A stretch of 64,000 nt of DNA, from positions 187,183 through 251,182 of the forward strand of contig CAWJQM010000016.1 of the NCBI GenBank assembly GCA_963845095.1, written 5' to 3'. How positions within the stretch are numbered: position 1 is the first letter of the stretch; the number at the start of each line of letters is the position of its first letter. The translations under genes were made by a program, and so were the position numbers. Source of the DNA: an uncultured delta proteobacterium. GTDB lineage: Bacteria > Desulfobacterota > Syntrophia > Syntrophales > Smithellaceae. Shown here piece after piece: positions 10,084 to 17,484 of this stretch. The notes under the pieces were generated by a model, which did no database searches, was not told the DNA's origin, and was given only the letters and a program-made list of their open reading frames with translations.

Positions 10084-11102
10084 TTAACCTCTTCTGATGC
10101 GGCAATATTCAAGCCCAGCTTATCCTTAACTTCGTATTCCACCTGTTTCATGATGTCAGGATTTTCTTTCAGGAAGATGCGGGAATTATCGCGGCCCTGA
10201 CCCATTCTGTCGCCCTTATAAGAATACCAGGCGCCGCTTTTTTCGATAACGCCCTGCTCGGCGGCCAAGTCCAGAACATCGCCTTCGCGCGAAATGCCTT
10301 CGCCAAAAATAATATCGAATTCCGCTTCCCGGAAAGGCGGCGCCAGTTTATTTTTAACTACCTTAACTTTTGTCCGGAAGCCCGTTACATCCTGCCCGGT
10401 TTTCAGCGATGTCATTTTACGAATGTCCAGCCGTTGAGACGCGTAGAATTTCAGGGCATTACCGCCGGTAGTCGTTTCCGGATTGCCGAAAAACACTCCG
10501 ATTTTCATGCGCAGCTGATTGATAAAGATGACGGTTGTTTTAGATTTACTGATGCTGCCGGTAAGTTTGCGCAGCGCCTGCGACATGAGTCTGGCCTGGA
10601 GGCCCATCTGGGCGTCGCCCATTTCGCCTTCCAGTTCGGCTTTGGGAACCAGAGCCGCCACGGAGTCAATCACCAGAATATCCAGGGCGCCGCTGCGCAC
10701 CAGCGTCTCGGCGATTTCCAGGGCCTGTTCGCCGGTATCCGGCTGGGAAATAAGGAGGTCATCAGTGTTGACGCCGATTTTCCGGGCATAGGTTACATCA
10801 AGGGCATGCTCGGCATCGATAAAAGCCGCCAGCCCGTTGGCCTTTTGCGCTTCAGCAACGATGTGCAGAGCCAGTGTTGTCTTGCCGCCGGATTCCGGCC
10901 CGTAGATTTCGACAATTCTGCCGCGCGGCACGCCCATAGTGCCCAGAGCGATATCCAGGCTCAGGGATCCCGTGGATATTGCGGGAACATCGGCAACACG
11001 CTCTTTGCCGCCCAGTCTCATGATTGATCCCTTGCCGAATTGTCTTTCAATTTGGGTTATCGCCAATTCCACCGCTTTCGATCTATCTAAATCTGCGCAC
11101 AT
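10080..11102 (-). CDS. recA: recombinase RecA
   Basis: 340 aa. Walker [10 protein letters not shown]. Conserved RecA core throughout. Confidence 0.97.
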   Translation of the reverse strand: MCADLDRSKAVELAITQIERQFGKGSIMRLGGKERVADVPAISTGSLSLDIALGTMGVPRGRIVEIYGPESGGKTTLALHIVAEAQKANGLAAFIDAEHALDVTYARKIGVNTDDLLISQPDTGEQALEIAETLVRSGALDILVIDSVAALVPKAELEGEMGDAQMGLQARLMSQALRKLTGSISKSKTTVIFINQLRMKIGVFFGNPETTTGGNALKFYASQRLDIRKMTSLKTGQDVTGFRTKVKVVKNKLAPPFREAEFDIIFGEGISREGDVLDLAAEQGVIEKSGAWYSYKGDRMGQGRDNSRIFLKENPDIMKQVEYEVKDKLGLNIAASEEVK

Positions 11103-11153
11103 ATGAAACCTCCGTTAAATTTGCTATATTTTGTATAATCAATTAAAACCCCA

Positions 11154-11735
11154 TCAACCGGTAAGGGGAATCGCTGCCAGTTTTGTATAAATTGCCCCCT
11201 GCGGCGTCAGGTTGCTCTGAAATAAAATCAATTCGTGAGCCTGGAATTCTCCCGCCGTAAATTCGCTGTTCTTTTTTAATGCTTCTCCAATACTTGCCGC
11301 CGTGCCGCTGTCTTTGATGCGTCCCAGAGTAAGGTGGGCGCGAAACGGCCGATTCTCGCGCGGAAAGCCAAGTTTCTCGAAGTCCGCTTCCAGATTATTT
11401 TGCAGCAGGGCTAGTTTTCCGCTATCGCCGGCTGTACCCACCCAGAGGACGCGCGGTTTTCTTAAATCCGGGAAAACACCCATCCTTTCAACTCTTAGCG
11501 GCAGGGATGGTGTCGCCGCCGCCTGTTTTTTTGCGGCGGCGCAGATGCTTTCCACAGAGCTGCGATCAATGTTCCCAAAGAACTTCAAAGTCAGATGGTT
11601 GCTTTGTGGACGCGTCCAACTGATTGCGCCGCGAATTTCCCTTTTGAGCTTTTCCTGCAAACGGGCAATGGCCGCCAATATCTCCTCCGACGGCTCGATG
11701 GCTAAAAAAGCCCGGATGTTCTTTTCCGCATCCAT
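11154..11735 (-). CDS. thpR: RNA 2',3'-cyclic phosphodiesterase (2H phosphoesterase, LigT/ThpR)
   Basis: Two HxT motifs: HLTLKF and HLTLGR. 193 aa. Confidence 0.85.
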   Translation of the reverse strand: MDAEKNIRAFLAIEPSEEILAAIARLQEKLKREIRGAISWTRPQSNHLTLKFFGNIDRSSVESICAAAKKQAAATPSLPLRVERMGVFPDLRKPRVLWVGTAGDSGKLALLQNNLEADFEKLGFPRENRPFRAHLTLGRIKDSGTAASIGEALKKNSEFTAGEFQAHELILFQSNLTPQGAIYTKLAAIPLTG

Positions 11736-11738
11736 TTA

Positions 11739-12983
11739 TCATTTTCCCTGTAAATAATTTTTCAGCAGCAGCAGCGCCGCCTGGGAAAAAATCATTTTGT
11801 TTCTTTTTCTGTCCCACCGGTGAGCATAATGGCGGCAGATAGTTTGTGCCGCATCACTCAATGCCAGATAAACGGTGCCGACAGGCTTGGCGTCGCTCCC
11901 GCCGGCAGGTCCGGCAATACCGGTAGAGGCCAGTCCGAGATCGGTGCCGGCCATTTTGCGTACGCCTTCGGCCATGAGCCGCGCTGTTTCTTCACTCACC
12001 GCGCCATGCTTTTCAATTATCGCCGCCGGGACACCAAGCAGGCTGATTTTGGCCGCATTGCTGTAAGTGACTGCAGCGCGTTCCAGATATTCGGAACTGC
12101 CGGCAACATCGGTCAATCGGCTGGTTATCAATCCGCCGGTGCAGGATTCCGCCACGGCTATTGTCAGCTTTTTTTCTTTCAACAGCTCTGCCACAATTTC
12201 TTCCAGAGTTTTTTCGCCATAGGAAAAAATATATTTATTCAAACGGGCAGTAACTTCGTCGCAGGCCAGTTTTAATTTTTCCTCGGCGGCCTCTTGAGTT
12301 TTCTGACGCGAGACCAGAACAACATGGTTTTCCGGGAAAACAGGGTAAAAGCCGATGTTGACACCCAGGGCGGCAAAATCAATATCCGCCAGATTCTTAT
12401 CGACAGCGCCTTCGCCAAGCCCAAAGGTCTTAATGGTTTGTTTGGCAATATACTGTTCATTTTGCGGGAATTCCCGGCGCAAAATCGGGATAACACCTTC
12501 CGGAAACATTTTTTTCGTTTCCCGGGGAACACCGGGAATGACAAAAATCCATTTTCCCAAGACATGCAGCGCAAAGCCCGCCGCCGTACCCACCGGATTG
12601 GCAATGACTTCCGCCCCCCGGGGAAACATGGCCTGCTTGGTATTGTTTTCTATCCAAACGAGTTTGTATTGGGTAAAGATTGCTTTAATGTGGTTTAAAA
12701 CTTTTTCATCGGTATACAGCGGCAGGCCAAAAGCCTGGGCGATGGCTTCCGTAGTGATGTCATCGACTGTCGGTCCCAAGCCGCCGGTGCAGATAACGAC
12801 ATCTGCCAGCGGCAAAAGATAGTTTAAGCGGCTTTTAATGGAAGCAAAATTATCTTCGACCGACATTATTGCTTCCACACTCCAACCTTGCAGATTTGCC
12901 TCCCGGGCAATAAAAGAAGAATTGGTATCGGTGGTCCGCCCGCTCATCAGCTCGTTGCCGATGGTTAGAATAGCTATTTTCAT
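11739..12983 (-). CDS. cinA: competence/damage-inducible protein CinA (MoCF-binding domain + nicotinamide-nucleotide amidase domain)
   Basis: 414 aa. N-terminus MKIAILTIGNELMSGRTTDTNS. C-terminal PncC-like domain (..AVAESCTGGL..). Confidence 0.9.
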   Translation of the reverse strand: MKIAILTIGNELMSGRTTDTNSSFIAREANLQGWSVEAIMSVEDNFASIKSRLNYLLPLADVVICTGGLGPTVDDITTEAIAQAFGLPLYTDEKVLNHIKAIFTQYKLVWIENNTKQAMFPRGAEVIANPVGTAAGFALHVLGKWIFVIPGVPRETKKMFPEGVIPILRREFPQNEQYIAKQTIKTFGLGEGAVDKNLADIDFAALGVNIGFYPVFPENHVVLVSRQKTQEAAEEKLKLACDEVTARLNKYIFSYGEKTLEEIVAELLKEKKLTIAVAESCTGGLITSRLTDVAGSSEYLERAAVTYSNAAKISLLGVPAAIIEKHGAVSEETARLMAEGVRKMAGTDLGLASTGIAGPAGGSDAKPVGTVYLALSDAAQTICRHYAHRWDRKRNKMIFSQAALLLLKNYLQGK

Positions 12984-12994
12984 AAGGCTTCCTT

Positions 12995-13450
12995 TTAAAA
13001 TTTTATCAAATACACCAACAGCAACATCAATGCCCCGGCGTAAATTCCTGCTCCGACATCATCGAGCACAACACCCCATCCGCCCGGCAGCCTCTGTAAA
13101 TTATTGAGAGGAAAAGGCTTTAAGATATCGAATACCCGGAACAGAACAAATCCGGCGCAAAGATGCAGGATTGTAATCGTCACCGGCAGCATAGTTACCT
13201 GAAAGCCGATGATTTCGTCAATAACAATGCGCTGATCGTCTTTTTTGGAATAAATTTCTTCAGCGCGTCCGGAAACATAAACGGCTAAAACCATTAAAGC
13301 CAGCACAACGAGCAGACGCAAAAACCAGGGCAGGGGCAGGCAAAGCAGGCAAATGGGAACACCGGCTAAAGTGCCAAAAGTTCCGGGAGCAATCGGCGCT
13401 AAACCGGAACCAAAACCGCTGGCCAGAAACTTGATTGCTTTTTGGTTCAA
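12995..13450 (-). CDS. pgpA: phosphatidylglycerophosphatase A
   Basis: 151 aa. SGFGSGLAPIAPGTFGT motif. TTG start. Confidence 0.85.
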   Translation of the reverse strand: MNQKAIKFLASGFGSGLAPIAPGTFGTLAGVPICLLCLPLPWFLRLLVVLALMVLAVYVSGRAEEIYSKKDDQRIVIDEIIGFQVTMLPVTITILHLCAGFVLFRVFDILKPFPLNNLQRLPGGWGVVLDDVGAGIYAGALMLLLVYLIKF

Positions 13451-13460
13451 AACCCGTCCC

Positions 13461-13628
13461 TCAACCTTCTAAAGCAAAAATATTGCCTTTTTTCAACCAG
13501 TTAAGTTTGTGTAAGCTATCTTCTTTTTGTTTCTGTGTCAAACTTTTTTCAACATATCGTGCTTTAATTGGAACCTTGATCTTTTCCGGTACAGAACCCG
13601 GCAGATGACCAAAACCGGGATAATTCGA
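13461..13628 (-). pseudogene. start-less ORF remnant ending just upstream (10 nt) of pgpA
   Basis: 55 open codons (..PGFGHLPGSVPEKIKVPIKARYVEKSLTQKQKEDSLHKLNWLKKGNIFALEG*) with no ATG or GTG. The frame is closed upstream by a TAG inside tandem-repeat unit 1. Looks like the 3' end of a displaced gene. Confidence 0.3.
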
Positions 13629-13815
13629 CTAAAGAGCTTCAATTCGCTTTGCTTCTTTAGCGGTGTCATTAACCCCGCGTCGCTCCGCTTGCGGGATAAT
13701 TCGACTAAAGAGCTTCAATTCGCTTTGCTTCTTTAGCGGTGTCATTAACCCCGCGTCGCTCCGCTTGCGGGATAATTCGACTAACCAATTCTGCTGCGCT
13801 TTGCTTGCATAATTG
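13617..13815. repeat. 76-bp tandem repeat: two identical units plus a diverged partial third
   Basis: Units 13617-13692 and 13693-13768 are 76/76 identical. The third unit (from 13769) shares gggataattcgactaa, caattc and gctttgctt. The unit contains short internal stems (ctaaagag/cttctttag; ccccgc/gcggg). Confidence 0.9.
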
Positions 13816-13832
13816 GAGTCTCATTATATTTC

Positions 13833-13861
13833 TTGACAATAGAACGATTGTTCTATACCAT
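13833..13861 (+). promoter_or_regulatory. promoter-like TTGACA-17-TACCAT with 7-bp inverted repeat ATAGAAC-N4-GTTCTAT in the spacer
   Basis: TTGACA at 13833-13838. Inverted-repeat arms at 13839-13845 and 13850-13856. The -10 is weak. Confidence 0.3.
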
Positions 13862-13914
13862 ACCTTCCAGGAAAGTCAAGGAAACTTTATAATAATTATA
13901 TCTGAAGAAAGGCC

Positions 13915-13950
13915 TTGTGCAAATCAAATATTGTACGTTATAATGTACGA
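13915..13950 (+). promoter_or_regulatory. putative toxin-antitoxin promoter/operator: TTGTGC-18-TATAAT flanked by two GTAC cores 12 bp apart
   Basis: TATAAT at 13939-13944. TGTACG repeats have GTAC at 13933-13936 and 13945-13948. The site lies ~30 bp upstream of the antitoxin ATG. Confidence 0.45.
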
Positions 13951-13976
13951 AATTTGTAAATATTGCGAGGTGTGAA

Positions 13977-14258
13977 ATGCCAAGATTAAAAATTGATGAA
14001 GATATTAAACCATTATCCGACGTAAGGACAGGTATCGCGAGCTTTATCAAGCAAGTTCATAATACGAAAAGACCTTTGATTATTACACAACATGGAAAAG
14101 GAGTTGCCGTTTTATTGGACGTCTCTGAATACGAGGCAATGCAGGAGAAACTTGAACTTTTGACGGATGTTCAGAATTCTCTTAGTCAACTCGAAAAGGG
14201 TCAAGGGGTTGCGCAGGAAGATGCAAAAGAAAAAGTTCTCAAGAGAATCCAGCAATGA
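13977..14258 (+). CDS. type II antitoxin, Phd/YefM family
   Basis: 93 aa. ..RPLIITQHGKGVAVLLDVSEYEAMQEKLELL.. is typical of Phd/YefM. ATGA overlap with the downstream toxin. Confidence 0.9.
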   Translation: MPRLKIDEDIKPLSDVRTGIASFIKQVHNTKRPLIITQHGKGVAVLLDVSEYEAMQEKLELLTDVQNSLSQLEKGQGVAQEDAKEKVLKRIQQ

Positions 14259-14551
14259 AAATTATTTGGTCGCCATTGGCTATTGATAGAGCTTCGGAAA
14301 TTGCCGCATATATTGCACAAGACAAACCATCTGCTGCGGAAAAATGGATTAACACGGTATTTTCAAAAATCGAGCAACTGGAATCTTCGCCTGAAATAGG
14401 GAGGGTTGTGCCTGAAATTAGAAATGACCAATTCAGAGAGTTTATCTATGGTAACTACCGCATTATATATCGCATTGAAAAAAAACAAATATCCATTCTT
14501 ACAATTCGGCACGGTAAGCAGATATTGCCGATAGATGAAATTTTGAGCTAA
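14255..14551 (+). CDS. type II toxin, RelE/ParE superfamily (ParE-like)
   Basis: 98 aa. ..GRVVPEIRNDQFREFIYGNYRIIYRIEKKQISILTIRHGKQ.. Translationally coupled to the antitoxin. Confidence 0.85.
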   Translation: MKIIWSPLAIDRASEIAAYIAQDKPSAAEKWINTVFSKIEQLESSPEIGRVVPEIRNDQFREFIYGNYRIIYRIEKKQISILTIRHGKQILPIDEILS

Positions 14552-14676
14552 GCCGTTGTTCGAAAATAACTTGGTCTTGCCCCCCGGAGGGGTGGTCAAA
14601 TAAATGTTGGGTACGGCATAAGGAGCCGTAACGAAATAGAGAAAAAGAACAGGTAATTTTCGTAACGGCTCCTAAG
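14548..14676 (-). repeat. structured hairpin element, copy B (inverted orientation)
   Basis: The reverse complement aligns with copy A over both hairpin arms and the 38-nt core. CTTA is present at both flanks. The toxin stop TAA (14549-14551) lies in its terminus. Confidence 0.8.
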
Positions 14677-14864
14677 AGATTTGACAAGAAGGGTGATAGC
14701 GGCAAAGACATTTCACAGTTTGAATATAACCATCTCAGAAGGCATGGCGGATTGAATTATGAAACACCTCAGCCTTCACCGGCATACGCCGGTCTTCGAG
14801 TCCTTGGCCTCGCGTCACCTCGCGCCACCTTCAGGTGGTCAGGTGATCAGCCTTTTGTGTTGTT

Positions 14865-16260
14865 ATGACCGATCTTATTTTCAGTCTCCAATCCTGGCCG
14901 CGGGCCATAGCCCATATTGACGGCGACGCCTTTTTTACTTCCTGTGAAGAGGCCATCCATCCGGAGCTTAAGGGAAAGCCGCTGATTACCGGCGGCGAGC
15001 GCGGCATTGTCGCCTGCGCCAGTTATGCCGCCAAAAGGGCTGGGGTCAAGCGCGGCGTCCCGCTGCATGAGGCGCGGCAGATCTGCCCTCAGTTAATCAT
15101 CCTGCCTTCCGATTACGAAACTTACAGCCTGTTTTCACAGAGGATGTTCGGCATCATGCGGCGCTTCACCCCCGACGTCGAAGAGTATTCCATTGACGAA
15201 GCCTTTGCCGATATCACCGGCATGCGCCGGGCCCTGCACGCGTCGTACGAAGAAATCGCCCTCCGGATGAAAAAGGAAATTGAAAGAGAGCTGGGCATTA
15301 CCGTTTCCGTGGGCCTGAGCATTACTAAGGTCCTGGCAAAGGTTGCCTCCAAGCACCGGAAACCGGCCGGCATGACGGTAATTAAAGGGAGGGATATTGC
15401 CGGAATATCTGCAGAATCTGCCGGTGGAAAAAGTCTGGGGCATCGGTCAGGCCACAACCAACTATCTGGCCAAGATGAATATTTCCTCTGCGCTGGAATT
15501 TGCCCGTCTGCCCGAAAAAACAGTGCGAAGTAAATTCACCAAACCCGGCGTGGAAATCTGGCAGGAGCTGCGCGGCAATTCAGTTTACCCGGTATCAGCC
15601 GAAGCTAAAAGCTCCTATGCCTCGATCAGCAAGACAAAAACTTTTGCCCCGGCCACAAACAATGCCGAGTATCTTTTTGCCCAACTGATGCGCAATATGG
15701 AATCGGCCTGCATCAAAGCCAGGCGCTATGGGCTTGCTCCGCAGAAAATCGCCGTGTTCCTGAAGAAAAATAATTTTTCTACGCAAGGCAGCGAAGCAAG
15801 GCTTACGCGCCCCTGTGCCTGCCCGCTGGAATTTTCCGGAATTATCCGCGCTCTCTTTGACGCCTGCTTCCGGCCGGAGGAAATTTACCGCGCCACGGGA
15901 GTTATTCTTCTGGATCTGCAACCGGATGCCAACACTCAATATTCTCTTTTTGATGATCCGCCGCAGGCGGAAAAAATAAAGGAACTATACGGTGCCGCCG
16001 ATGAACTGGGGAAAAAATTCGGCAAGCACACTTTGTATCTGGGCAGTTCCCATCCGATTGAGAAACTGGGCAAAGGACGCCGGGGGACTTCCACTGTGCG
16101 CGAACAAACGCGCCTGTTGGGCGAAACGCCGCCGCCGGCATCTGGGCTTGCCGCTGCTTCACATCAAGACGGAAAACTGACAATAATTTGCTGCCGAAAA
16201 ACGAGAGAGCCGGAACAAAGATCGCAAAACGAAAATTATCGGCGCGCCTGCTCTTCATAA
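14865..16260 (+). CDS. dinB: Y-family DNA polymerase (DinB/Pol IV-like); frame broken at ~15390-15399 and probably again at ~16121-16135
   Basis: N-terminus ..IAHIDGDAFFTSCE.., ..YSIDEAFADITG.., SVGLS. The second ORF carries LPVEKVWGIGQ (HhH). A third frame ends ..RRRRHLGLPLLHIKTEN* at 16180, which looks more protein-like than the as-assembled tail ending at 16260. Confidence 0.8.
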
Positions 16261-16383
16261 AGGGTCTGCGCCAGTCAGAAATCCGTTGGACGCTTTGCCC
16301 TGCCAACGTTAATTTTTATTGGATATTGCTTTAATATTAAAGTATTGTGTCCGGGAAGCAAGCTGTTCCCCGGGGATTTAATG

Positions 16384-16404
16384 CCGCAAATATTGCGGTC
16401 TTTT
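16384..16404 (+). terminator. weak hairpin plus T-tract downstream of dinB
   Basis: ccgcaa-ata-ttgcgg followed by tctttt. The stem is short, so confidence is low. Confidence 0.25.
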
Positions 16405-16454
16405 GGTTATTAGCGAGGATACAAATAAATATTTTGGGCATCAGGGGAATTCCC

Positions 16455-16941
16455 ATGATCCGTCAACGCCGCAATGTCTGATGCTGATGCTATTGCCGGC
16501 ATCTATAACTACTATGTCGTCAACACTGCGATTACTTTCGAGGAGGAAGTGGTGTCGGCAGATCAGATGGCAAAACGTATTGGCGATGTAAATTCAGCAG
16601 CACTGCCCTGGCTGGTTGCCGAGCAATCCGGCCGTGTAGTGGGCTATGCTTATGCCAGCAAATGGAAGACTCGTTCCGCCTATCGGTTTTCCCTAGAGAG
16701 CGCTATTTACCTGCAGGATGGCGCCGCCGGAAAAGGTGTTGGAGGCAAGCTTTACGGGGAACTTCTCCCCGCATTGAAGGAGCGCGGCGTTCACGTCGTC
16801 ATTGGCGGCATTGCACTGCCAAATCAAAGCAGTGTCGCCCTTCATGAGAAGTTCGGCTTCAGGAAAGTGGCCCATTTCGAGGAAGTAGGGTTCAAGTTCG
16901 GCCGGTGGCTCGACGTCGGTTATTGGCAAAAGGTGCTCTGA
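16455..16941 (+). CDS. GNAT N-acetyltransferase (phosphinothricin-acetyltransferase-like); possible frame break at the extreme 5' end
   Basis: ORF 16474..16941 begins inside the expected first strand (..DADAIAGIYNYYVVNTAITFEEE..). ATG 16455 (MIRQRR..) in another frame supplies the usual M-I-R start. Otherwise the start is 16474. Confidence 0.7.
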
Positions 16942-16985
16942 TGCCCGGTGGTTATACATCATTATAAAATACTTAAGGGATTGTT

Positions 16986-17379
16986 ATGAATCATACATTC
17001 CGGGGCATCTTGGCGGTAGCCCTCACGGGCATTTGGGTTAATGCATCTGAGTTTGTGAGAAATGAAGTTCTGCTAAAAACGTATTGGGTTGACCATTATC
17101 GCTCACTTAGAATGACTTTCCCTTCTGAACCACAGAATGGAATGATGTGGATTGCCTGGGGATTATTATTCGCCATAGCAATTTATTTCATTTCCAGAAA
17201 ATTCAATCTGATACAAACGACGCTGATCAGCCTGGTTTATGGCGTTTGTCTTGATGTGGGTTGTTGCCTGGAATCTTAATGTACTCCCGATTGCCATTCT
17301 GCTTTACGCTGTTCCGCTCAGTCTTTTGGAATCCTTTATAGGCTCTTATATTTGCATGAAGATATCTCCACCTGACTAA
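16986..17379 (+). CDS. small hypothetical integral membrane protein; frame broken once
   Basis: ORF 16986..17279 is followed in the +1 frame by WFMAFVLMWVVAWNLNVLPIAILLYAVPLSLLESFIGSYICMKISPPD* (stop 17377-17379). Break at ~17228-17236. Confidence 0.5.
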
Positions 17380-17411
17380 GCATTATTCCGGGGACGCCAA
17401 AGCGACAAAGT

Positions 17412-17441
17412 GAAAAAGGGGGAGCAGTTTCCTGCTCCCCC
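17412..17441 (-). terminator. rho-independent terminator of the fadB-like gene
   Basis: 10-bp GC-rich stem gggggagcag/ctgctccccc (17418-17427 / 17432-17441) with a 4-nt loop. On the minus strand it is followed by TTTTTC. Confidence 0.75.
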
Positions 17442-17484
17442 TTCACGGAATAGAAGTTCAGGCCGGCAGCGTTGCCGGACCCTT

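Noticed and set aside
10434-11027. 197-aa plus-strand ORF inside recA, and similar antisense ORFs inside alaS, cinA, ftsK, rpoB and rpoC
   Set aside because: These are shadow ORFs opposite highly conserved genes. They have no motifs and no RBS.
11103-11153. SOS (LexA) box upstream of recA, and likewise upstream of dinB (14700-14864)
   Set aside because: No CTGT-N8-ACAG, CGAAC-N4-GTTCG or GGTT-N2-C-N4-G-N3-ACC type motif could be found by eye. Absence by eye is not proof, so no site is claimed.
13617-13815. 76-bp repeats as a CRISPR array
   Set aside because: The units are directly contiguous with no unique spacers. The unit is far longer than CRISPR repeats. No cas genes or leader are present.
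13461-13815. 76-bp repeats as a type III (ToxI-like) RNA antitoxin array with a downstream toxin
   Set aside because: On the minus strand the array is followed only by a start-less 55-codon stub with no ToxN/AbiQ-like features. On the plus strand it is followed by a classical type II pair with its own promoter. The unit length and copy number are atypical. The idea is kept only as an untested alternative in the tandem-repeat finding.
14759-14920. 53-codon ORF (MKHLSLHRHTPVFESLASRHL...) overlapping the dinB start
   Set aside because: It has no RBS and a low-complexity composition. It overlaps the well-supported dinB N-terminus in another frame.
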